The position numbers and the translations under genes were made by a program. From a virus, in the IMG/VR virus record IMGVR_UViG_3300045988_097954, positions 1 to 64,000 of that record: a stretch of 64,000 nucleotides of DNA. One strand, written 5' to 3'. Position 1 is the first letter of the stretch. Every line of letters starts with the position of its first letter. The notes below the pieces were generated by a model. The model did not search any database and had not been told where the DNA came from. It was given only the letters and a program-made list of their open reading frames with translations. Below, one piece after another: positions 1 to 7,994 of the stretch.

Positions 1-9
1 AAAGATATT

Positions 10-426
10 ATGGATTTATACGAAGAAAACAGCGCTTACACATTAAGCGAGTTTATAGAATTATTTGAAGAGTTTGACGATGAACAACAACGAATATTCT
101 GTAAATTAGTTCAAGAATTAGATTTTATTGAGACTATTTCTATAGTAGAAGAATATGATTATTGTTTATATGAAAACTTAGAAGATTATATCTATAGTCA
201 ACTAGAAGAGTGTTATGAGTTCAATATTCCTAATTGGTTATGTATCGATATTATCGGAACATATATCTATAGTCTCCGCTATGAAGATAATTTATATTTT
301 ATGAGTGATAAACCTAAATGGGCAAAAGAGGGCGAAGAATACGGCGGAAGTGAAAAACGCCAATTATGGTACGATGGTATTAAATGTTTATGCGAAACTA
401 GCGAAGTACTTTATATTTATAGATAG
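10..426 (+). CDS. ArdA-like antirestriction protein (DNA mimic), possibly 5'-truncated by the window edge
   Basis: Very acidic 138-aa ORF. The pattern EDYIYSQLEECYEFNIPNWL..IDIIGTYIYSLRYEDNLYF resembles the ArdA C-terminal domains. The frame is open back to nt 1. Confidence 0.4.
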   Translation: MDLYEENSAYTLSEFIELFEEFDDEQQRIFCKLVQELDFIETISIVEEYDYCLYENLEDYIYSQLEECYEFNIPNWLCIDIIGTYIYSLRYEDNLYFMSDKPKWAKEGEEYGGSEKRQLWYDGIKCLCETSEVLYIYR

Positions 427-434
427 GTGTATAA

Positions 435-734
435 ATGAAAGATAACATACAAAAAGTAATAAACTTAAACGAATACATAGCGGAACTATCAAAAGAATTT
501 GAAGTCTTAACATATGCGGAAGTGTCATGGATTTATAGTTGCCCTATGTACGACAAAATGCATACGCTATTATATCATGATTATGATATACACATGTTTG
601 TTAGCGGTGAGAAATATTGTATAATGCTTAAAGGCAATATATACGAACTAAACGACATAGATTCATTTATTATTAAACTTAATAGGATTTTAGATATACT
701 ATATTATCTCGATTGTGTTAGGGGGTTTAGATAA
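435..734 (+). CDS. hypothetical early protein
   Basis: 99-aa ORF packed directly after the previous gene. Confidence 0.6.
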   Translation: MKDNIQKVINLNEYIAELSKEFEVLTYAEVSWIYSCPMYDKMHTLLYHDYDIHMFVSGEKYCIMLKGNIYELNDIDSFIIKLNRILDILYYLDCVRGFR

Positions 735-864
735 TATATGTCATTAGTTATTTTATCGCTTATCGTTGTATTTATAAAACGGACTAAAAAACAAGGATTA
801 TAATAGTAGTATAAAACCACTGTTAAAACGTTGTATTTAACCGTGGTACATAGGAGTTTTTATT

Positions 865-1428
865 ATGGAACAATACAGAAGAGTCGAATTATTTAACGCC
901 AATAGTGAAATATATTGGAATATTAATAAATTTGTAGAGTCTCAAGGGTTCTCAAACGTAGTGGAATATTGTGCGGAGATACTTAGTAAAATGGGTTCGG
1001 TTGATTGGTGTACAGCTACCGTAAAAGAAGACATGTACAACCAATCTAACAGAGACCTTGAATTTATCTATGAGGATACAATAGAACGACTAGAACGGAA
1101 CTATAAACTTTGTTATATTCCTTGTAATGGAACATTACAAGATATTTCTACCCTTGACCATATTCCGTGGTGCGATGTCATTAAGCTAGAAATTAAAGAC
1201 AAAACATTAGAAATTACAACCGCATACCATGGCGGACGAAGTACGTATGTAGTATATTGTATGGACTCAAATAGTCCTATGGTTGAAGAGTTCTATAATG
1301 AAAAACAAGAAAATGACTATTACGATTATGAACATGGTGCAACTTTGGACAACGACAAGGACATACAAGAATATATAAATACTTATTGTTTACCTATGTA
1401 TGATTTATTTTACGAGGGGAAAATTTAA
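865..1428 (+). CDS. hypothetical early protein
   Basis: 187-aa ORF with an AGGAG SD upstream of the ATG. Confidence 0.7.
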   Translation: MEQYRRVELFNANSEIYWNINKFVESQGFSNVVEYCAEILSKMGSVDWCTATVKEDMYNQSNRDLEFIYEDTIERLERNYKLCYIPCNGTLQDISTLDHIPWCDVIKLEIKDKTLEITTAYHGGRSTYVVYCMDSNSPMVEEFYNEKQENDYYDYEHGATLDNDKDIQEYINTYCLPMYDLFYEGKI

Positions 1429-1430
1429 AC

Positions 1431-1829
1431 ATGACACAATATATTGATATGATAGTCTCTTATGACGAATACCATAAAATAGAATACCGCCGTAAATTCT
1501 ATGTACAACCACGGCGAGTACTAGAGGGAGGTAATTATGAGCCGTGCCATACGGAATACAACTCTAAATATTCCGATGAATACGACTTTTACCACGCAAT
1601 TGAAGAAAACGGCGGTTATAATTATATAGCCGTTCCTAAGCCTAGTTATAGAATTATAACGCCTTATACGGTGATTGAAGTTAATTGCAATGATTATTTT
1701 AAAGTCTTTCAATCTGCTAACCACTTACAGTATGAAGAGTTGATGGCGGAGGAATTACAAGAAGGTAATTATATCGAGGTGGAAGAATATGAGCCACCGC
1801 AAGAAATTTCATATATTGAAGTCTACTAG
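1431..1829 (+). CDS. hypothetical early protein
   Basis: 132-aa ORF with a GAGGGG SD. It starts 3 nt after the previous stop. Confidence 0.7.
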   Translation: MTQYIDMIVSYDEYHKIEYRRKFYVQPRRVLEGGNYEPCHTEYNSKYSDEYDFYHAIEENGGYNYIAVPKPSYRIITPYTVIEVNCNDYFKVFQSANHLQYEELMAEELQEGNYIEVEEYEPPQEISYIEVY

Positions 1830-1836
1830 AGACATT

Positions 1837-1866
1837 GGCGGTATACCTTAGTATATCGCCTTTTGT
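1837..1866 (+). terminator. intrinsic terminator
   Basis: 9-bp stem GGCGGTATA/TATATCGCC followed by TTTTG. Confidence 0.7.
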
Positions 1867-2347
1867 TATATTCCATTGTTTTAATACAATTGAATCCATA
1901 TGCAACCCCATGCAGCACATTCTCAATTAGACAACCTAAATGATAATACCAGCGTAAAACCATATGTATTGAGAATGTTTATCAAATAAGTGTTTATTTA
2001 TTTGCGTTCTAAGGTCGCTCTAAAGAGTCCGCCTTATGATTATATGCGAAACATCTAAAAACGCATACAAGCGAAAATACGCATTTTTAAAGCATATGAA
2101 TTCTAATGAATCTACAATAGATACACCCATGACATACATATGTATAATTTTGTTCTTCTGTGGTAGACATGGGTAAAATCGCTGGATAAACGAGAATGTA
2201 TCTCAAGTAGGTATTCAGCAGGTTGCCATAGTTTAAAGCTATGGTAAAATACTTTGTTATAGACAAAAACTATTATGCATATGTTTTAAAACATGAGATA
2301 ATAAGACCATAGAAATAGGCAACGGTAGACCCTATAGGAGGAAACAT

Positions 2348-2656
2348 ATGAAAACTTTATTTGGTGTAGATAATTACAAAAACTATAATTTAGTATGTGT
2401 ACTTGACGGTACAGAAATTCACTTAATCGAGGTTGAACATATCTATATTGATAGATATACGGGCAGTATGTCGGTTATCGGTGAACGTCTTTGGGTGTGG
2501 TCAATGAATGCATTATGTAATATTGCTCATGGTATTGGCGATTGTACTCGTCAGCCTTTATATGATGTTAAATATTTTTGGACGAATTGGGAAGAGTTTA
2601 AAAATTTACCTACAAGAGATATTTATTTACGATTAGGCGAGTATTGGGAATACTAG
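2348..2656 (+). CDS. hypothetical early protein
   Basis: 102-aa ORF with an AGGAGG SD (TATAGGAGGAAACATATG). Confidence 0.7.
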   Translation: MKTLFGVDNYKNYNLVCVLDGTEIHLIEVEHIYIDRYTGSMSVIGERLWVWSMNALCNIAHGIGDCTRQPLYDVKYFWTNWEEFKNLPTRDIYLRLGEYWEY

Positions 2657-2712
2657 GAAGGGCGTTCTAGTGTCCTATCTGATAGAGTAAATATTAATAG
2701 TCGAAGACTATT

Positions 2713-2743
2713 GACGGTATACAATTATGTATACCGTCTTTTT
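2713..2743 (+). terminator. intrinsic terminator
   Basis: 10-bp stem GACGGTATAC/GTATACCGTC followed by TTTTT. Confidence 0.75.
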
Positions 2744-2767
2744 ATGTCCTAAAACAATAGAACGAAA

Positions 2768-3769
2768 ACAATCGTTTTTACAATCGTATTTTTATATGCT
2801 GATTACTATTAAGAAAACATAAGATATCTATTGTTTTCAAACCATAAGAGATATATTGTATTGTCTTATGTGTGTACGTTTGTATATTCAATAGATGTTC
2901 TATTATGTGTGTACATGTGTTTAGACATGGGTTTTGCTTGTGTATTGGGCTTTGGGTTGAGTCTTATGTACTAGAGAGTTTGAGCGTCCTATTGATGACG
3001 ACACCTAAGAAATACCCCACTATGGGACTGCTTATGACCCACCCCATGAGCCCACCAATTGTTATTACTATGTGGCAACAATCGTATAACTTAGGTGTAT
3101 ACATACGTATCGACATATACCAATATATTCATATGTAATCAACAATGGTTATACAATCGTTTTTGCTTATGCATATACTTTTGATACCACATATGAGCCA
3201 TACTAATTGATAACGTAAGTGAGAGTGAATGTAATATTATGGGTATTCTATTACGTTGACACATTGGCAAGCATTAGCCTTGCCTAGTGTTGTGTACATA
3301 TGTTTAACTGCTCATGTGTTCCTATAAGACACCCCCTAGCGTATCGAAAATTTTGAATATCCAAAAGGGGTACATATGTTCTGCTGGGGGCGGTTATATT
3401 ACACCAAACTCTCGCCGCATACTACAGATTAAAGCATATGTCCATACACCAGACTACTACAATGGTACATACTATGGGTTTCTACACGACATATACAAAC
3501 ATAAGTATATACTGTGGTTTACAACATAAGAACCACAACACATATGTATCATGCAATCGCAAATACTATGGAGAATACAATCGTTTAATACGATTTACAA
3601 CATATAGAAAAACATATAAGAAAAACTATGGATTATCCAATCGAGGTATGCTATTGTAAAAACAATCGTCTAAAAATTTTGTAGAAAATTTTATGGATTT
3701 TATATGAATTGACTTATAAACTCTATATAGAAAACCATAGTATAGTGCTATGGATAATACAATCGTTTT
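2768..3769. repeat. iteron family with ACAATCG core and longer unit CTATGGAnnATACAATCGTTT
   Basis: Long units at 3144-3164 (variant), 3566-3586, 3626-3643 and 3748-3769. Cores at 2768, 2780, 3078, 3553 and 3662. No credible ORF in the region. Confidence 0.7.
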
Positions 3770-4061
3770 ATGATATATAGATGCAATCATAAGATTGTGA
3801 TATGTTTAAAACATCTGACTAGATGTATGTCCTAATAGTATTGTGAAATACATTACAACATAGTTAATCACCATCATAGAATGGTGATTGTGTATTCTTA
3901 GTCAAGATAATATGCTTGCACAGCCCTAGTGATAAAATATTAATGACACACCATACTAATGGACTGTCTACTATGGATGCGTATATATATTCAATATACT
4001 ATGGAAATGACATATGTTGCCCTGTGATGGCATTTCATCCGTTGACCAAAATATGACAAAA

Positions 4062-4122
4062 ACCCCTGTTATTAACATATGTAATTAATAATAGTTATTC
4101 ATATGTGAAGATAAACAGGGGT
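4062..4122. repeat. about 60-bp imperfect palindrome
   Basis: Outer arms ACCCCTGTTAT / ATAAACAGGGGT enclose an inner inverted pair of ACATATGTAAT / ATTCATATGT. Confidence 0.6.
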
Positions 4123-4285
4123 CTGCATATGGGGTAGACAAGGGTAAATTTTCTTATGACCTGGTGATAATTTTTAAAACTTCATCAAAATTTCATAATT
4201 ACTATAAACACAGTAACTATATGGGTTCGTCGGTCTTTATACCTAACGGATAATCATTATTACTTCCGATAATTGAAAAAATAGT

Positions 4286-4320
4286 GTTACAAAATTTCAA
4301 TGTTTGACACTATAAGTAGA
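4286..4320 (+). promoter_or_regulatory. conserved 35-bp late-promoter-like motif, orphan copy A
   Basis: GTTACAAAAT-N3-AATGTTT-N3-ACTATA-N2-TAGA, with identical spacing to the copies at 6251 and 20152. Confidence 0.55.
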
Positions 4321-4654
4321 AGACTAAAGTTTTTAAAGCTAGAGGTTTTAAATCGAGGGATTTATAATCAGGTGTTTAGGCTAATAGTCTAAAACAGTTT
4401 GTCTAAAGCATTGTGCTCCAAGCTTTAGATACTGACTAAGTAACACTCCGTAGGAGTATTGCGAAGCAATCTAAAGAAGCATGCTCTTTAGAATACATAA
4501 GTATAAAACCTATAGGATTCCTTGACAGGAATAAACACTCCGTGTTTGCCCTATAGTCAGATTATGATTACAGCCTAAAGCAGTAGACTCAAAACCTCAG
4601 CAAAAGCATGAGCCATATGCATTAGACCAAACATGTCAAACATAAGAATATACA
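4321..4654 (+). ncRNA. candidate ORF-free transcript from motif copy A
   Basis: No ORF with an SD. Paired palindromic hairpins TCTAAAGC..GCTTTAGA (4401-4428) and TCTAAAGA..TCTTTAGA (4469-4491). AACACTCCGT is repeated twice. The region ends at a terminator. Confidence 0.35.
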
Positions 4655-4708
4655 AAAGGGGCATACATAAGTATATACCATAAGATATAAACTCATGTAT
4701 GCCCCTTT
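4655..4708. terminator. bidirectional hairpin between convergent units
   Basis: Arms AAAGGGGCATACAT / ATGTATGCCCCTTT with a 26-nt loop. A-run upstream and T-run downstream. Confidence 0.55.
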
Positions 4709-4720
4709 ATAAGACTTATA

Positions 4721-4975
4721 TTAATACTCTGGAAACTCTCTAATGAATTTCTGACCCAAGTATAAGAACGTAAAGACAATAACCCATGCAAATAATGAAT
4801 ATTCTACTTGGGTTGTACCATTAAGAATATTGTCGAATACTGCTCCACCAAATGCAATGGCAGCAACAATATATAAAATACCGACTGTGCGTGGGGATGT
4901 AAACCATCCAACAACTAATGCGATGGCTAATGAAACCCCAACAATTAAACACCATAATAGAACTAATGCAATCAT
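4721..4975 (-). CDS. small membrane protein (2-3 TM)
   Basis: 84-aa hydrophobic ORF with an AGGAGG SD, immediately downstream of the recombinase. Confidence 0.7.
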   Translation of the reverse strand: MIALVLLWCLIVGVSLAIALVVGWFTSPRTVGILYIVAAIAFGGAVFDNILNGTTQVEYSLFAWVIVFTFLYLGQKFIREFPEY

Positions 4976-4985
4976 AAATAACCTC

Positions 4986-5516
4986 CTATAAGGACATAAT
5001 AGAATAAACTTTAGTATTTAATTCCTCGGTTGTAATACCAATGTAACGCATTGTGATGGCTTCTGAGGAATGATTAAAGACTTGCATAAGATATGCAATT
5101 GGAACACCTTTGCGATACGCATGATACCCAAAGGTTTTACGCATGGAGTGCGTTCCGATGTTATCAAGTCCGCATTTAATGGATGCTGCTTTGATTTTTC
5201 TCCATGCTTGCACAGTGGTAATATGACCATCACCAGAACGACTTGGAAACAACCAATGCTTACATTTAGATGCATATTCGCACAACATATTATATACTGA
5301 CTTAGATAATGTAAATCGTTTGAACTTGCCTGTTTTTTGTTCATACAATTCCATCTCAGGTTTTACATCATCTATTGTTAAACCGACTAAATCACTGATG
5401 CGGAGACCAGAGTTGATGCCAAGTGTGAACAACATGCGGTCTCTCTCGTTACCGAGAGCTGTACGCATTTCATCTACTTTTGATAGTTCTCTGATTGGTT
5501 CTGTTGTATTAGCCAT
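4986..5516 (-). CDS. short tyrosine recombinase (catalytic domain only)
   Basis: R (GLRISD), K (KTGKFK), HxxR (HSMRKT), H (FNHSS) and Y (MRYIG) are present in order. ACAGGAGG SD. Only 176 aa, so there is no arm- or core-binding N-terminal domain. Confidence 0.8.
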   Translation of the reverse strand: MANTTEPIRELSKVDEMRTALGNERDRMLFTLGINSGLRISDLVGLTIDDVKPEMELYEQKTGKFKRFTLSKSVYNMLCEYASKCKHWLFPSRSGDGHITTVQAWRKIKAASIKCGLDNIGTHSMRKTFGYHAYRKGVPIAYLMQVFNHSSEAITMRYIGITTEELNTKVYSIMSL

Positions 5517-5556
5517 AATATATTTCCTCCTGTGTCTTACTTCTGTTATTAAGTAT

Positions 5557-5585
5557 ATGATACACTAGGGTCTTGTTTTTGTCAA
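5557..5585 (-). promoter_or_regulatory. sigma70-like promoter for the recombinase cassette
   Basis: Minus strand reads TTGACA-17 nt-TATCAT. Confidence 0.55.
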
Positions 5586-5621
5586 CAATTATTTAAAAAA
5601 TAATTCAGGAGATACACATAT

Positions 5622-6233
5622 ATGCAAGAAGTCGCATTAAAACGTAAAAAAGGATATGAGAATCGCATTGATTTCTTTGGTCTTGGCGATGATGTTACCG
5701 AAGCAAGAAACGCAGGGAAATCGTATATGCTGATTGCACGAGAGCTCAATAAGAAACATAAAAAAGAACTACAGTCAATCTTAATTACACCAAAGATGGT
5801 CGGCGATTGGTGTCGTACTAATTTAATACAAGAGCAGTCACCAACGCAAGAAACAGAGGTTATTAATACATACAATGAACAAAAAGGTCTCCTTGAGTTG
5901 GTTGAGACACAACTTGAGATGATTCAATTGTTTATCGATGATTTACAATGCCAAGACATCCAAGGCTCTGTACCGTCTGACCTTTTGTATGACCGTATGA
6001 AGAATCTTATGTTAGACCAAGAGAAATACATTGGGCGGAAACAGTCTATTCTCAAAGACATGCAAAATATCGCAGAAAAGATATACACTTTCCAAGCAAT
6101 GAACGCTATTATACTAGAAATCATGCGTATGGTCGAACAAGAAGACCCTGTTTTAGCCGAAAAAATCAAGAATAATATGAAAGAAAACAAGATTTTATTG
6201 GCGAATTATGCTAAAATTCAACAAAATTCATAA
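5622..6233 (+). CDS. terminase small subunit (candidate)
   Basis: 203-aa ORF directly upstream of terL. N-terminal HTH-like segment KSYMLIARELN. Assigned partly by position. Confidence 0.5.
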   Translation: MQEVALKRKKGYENRIDFFGLGDDVTEARNAGKSYMLIARELNKKHKKELQSILITPKMVGDWCRTNLIQEQSPTQETEVINTYNEQKGLLELVETQLEMIQLFIDDLQCQDIQGSVPSDLLYDRMKNLMLDQEKYIGRKQSILKDMQNIAEKIYTFQAMNAIILEIMRMVEQEDPVLAEKIKNNMKENKILLANYAKIQQNS

Positions 6234-6250
6234 AAATTCTGTTAAAAAGT

Positions 6251-6285
6251 GTTACAAAATCAAAATGTTTTATACTATATATAGA
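6251..6285 (+). promoter_or_regulatory. late-promoter-like motif copy B (upstream of terL)
   Basis: Same 35-bp motif and spacing as copies A and C. Confidence 0.55.
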
Positions 6286-6311
6286 GAGCAATTTCTACAG
6301 GAGGTGTGTCC

Positions 6312-7994
6312 ATGGCTGAAAACATTTTAGACTCGCTCTTAGGTGCATCCATGGCGAACACAGAGTCCACTGGCAACACACCTACTGACAAAGATATTAG
6401 TGCTACTAATTTAGAACATTTTGCAAAGACATATTTTCCTCATATCTTTTCAACACCGTTTTGTGAGTTTCATCACTCGATGTTTAAAGATGCGGAGAAT
6501 ATGATTTTATATTTTGACAATCTACACAATAAATTCGTTCGAGCTGCACCACGAGGTCACGGCAAAAGTCGTATCATCTCGGTTGTGTTTCCGATTTGGT
6601 TGATTGTGTATGGATACCGCAAGAATATACTAATTATATCAGATACCTTTGAACAAGCCAAAGAATTCATTCAAACGATAAAAGATGAACTGGAAGATAA
6701 TGAACGTTTGAAAAAGGACTTTGGTCTTTTAAAGGGTGATAAAACTTGGGCGTCCGACAAGATTGTAACAAAGAATAAAATACAAGTATTTGCAAAGTCA
6801 AGCGGACAGTCGCTCCGTGGCTCAAGTTACAATAATATTCGACCAGAAGTTGTAATATTAGATGACCTTGAGAATGACGAAGCGGTTGAAACTGAAAATC
6901 AACGCAAGAAATTATATGATTGGTTTATGAAGGTATTAATGCCAATTGGTAACCCAAGAACCGTATTCTTGTATGTTGGTTCTGTTCTTCATTACGAAGC
7001 ATTGTTATATAAAGTATTAACGGAACCGAAGTTTAATAACTGGAACCGTGCTATTTATAAAGCTGTATACTCCTTCTCAGAAAACCCAAGATGGGCGGTA
7101 TGGGAAGAGATATTTAATGACTTATCTGACCCAGATGCTGCACAGAACGCAGCCGATTATTTTAACGACCATCGAGAAGAAATGATGGAAGGCGTTGAGA
7201 TAATGTGGGAGGGTCGTAACTTTGGTTTATTTGAATCCCTCGATTGTTCATACGAAGAAAAAATGAGAATGTCTCGTGATAACTGGTATCAAGAACTCAT
7301 GATTTTACGTATGCAAGATGACGAAGCTTTCAACTCGGAGTATCAAAACAATCCGATGACCGAAGAAAGTCGCATTATTAAAGACTCATGGATTAAAGCC
7401 AATTATTATGACGACACGCAATTGCCTAAGATGAAACAGATTTATGCGGCTGTCGATGTATCCATGGGTAAATCACGCACGTCTGACTACTCGGCAATAC
7501 TGGTGGTTGGTCGTGGTGTAGACAACTATTTTTATGTACTCGAAGCGGATGTCGAAAGACGCTCACCAGACATAATCATTAATGATATTCTATTATACCT
7601 TGATAAGTACAATGGAAGACTTGATGGATTTATCGTTGAAGAAAACGTATTCCAAGAGTTTTTCTCTAAGACATTACAACAGACTGCACTTGATATGGGT
7701 CTGTATGTAAACTGGGTATCCGTTAGGTCTACTGCGAGCGACAACAAAGGAACACGTATCCGCTCGCTTGCTCCTAAGATTAAACAAGGGTATATTAAAT
7801 TTAATAAAAATCATCGTGTACTTGAAAGCCAACTAAAGAACTTTCCGAAAGACCATGACGATGCACCTGACTGTTTGGAACGATGCATTTCAAAATTCAT
7901 GGAAAACTCTTCGACAATCAACGTTGGTGCAATGGGTACACTTAGGAAAAAACGTATGGACACATTATCATTCATGAAAGGTTGGAAACGATGA
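6312..7994 (+). CDS. terL: terminase large subunit
   Basis: Walker A-like RGHGKSR, Walker B VVILDDLEND, and nuclease-domain acidic motifs (AAVDVS, DDAPD). The ATG at 6312 follows an AGGAGG SD; the ORF track starts at a GTG at 6306. Confidence 0.9.
   Translation: MAENILDSLLGASMANTESTGNTPTDKDISATNLEHFAKTYFPHIFSTPFCEFHHSMFKDAENMILYFDNLHNKFVRAAPRGHGKSRIISVVFPIWLIVYGYRKNILIISDTFEQAKEFIQTIKDELEDNERLKKDFGLLKGDKTWASDKIVTKNKIQVFAKSSGQSLRGSSYNNIRPEVVILDDLENDEAVETENQRKKLYDWFMKVLMPIGNPRTVFLYVGSVLHYEALLYKVLTEPKFNNWNRAIYKAVYSFSENPRWAVWEEIFNDLSDPDAAQNAADYFNDHREEMMEGVEIMWEGRNFGLFESLDCSYEEKMRMSRDNWYQELMILRMQDDEAFNSEYQNNPMTEESRIIKDSWIKANYYDDTQLPKMKQIYAAVDVSMGKSRTSDYSAILVVGRGVDNYFYVLEADVERRSPDIIINDILLYLDKYNGRLDGFIVEENVFQEFFSKTLQQTALDMGLYVNWVSVRSTASDNKGTRIRSLAPKIKQGYIKFNKNHRVLESQLKNFPKDHDDAPDCLERCISKFMENSSTINVGAMGTLRKKRMDTLSFMKGWKR

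Noticed and set aside
2872-3659. Track ORFs 2872-3138, 3314-3529 and 3438-3659 in the large intergenic region.
   Set aside because: They have no SD-like sequence upstream and their translations are low-complexity or repeat-driven. They also overlap iterons and CATATG repeats, so the region is treated as non-coding.
4986-5516. Calling the phage temperate on the basis of an 'integrase'.
   Set aside because: The recombinase is only 176 aa, with no N-terminal DNA-binding domains. No CI/Cro-like switch, excisionase or recognisable attP core was seen. Lifestyle is left open.
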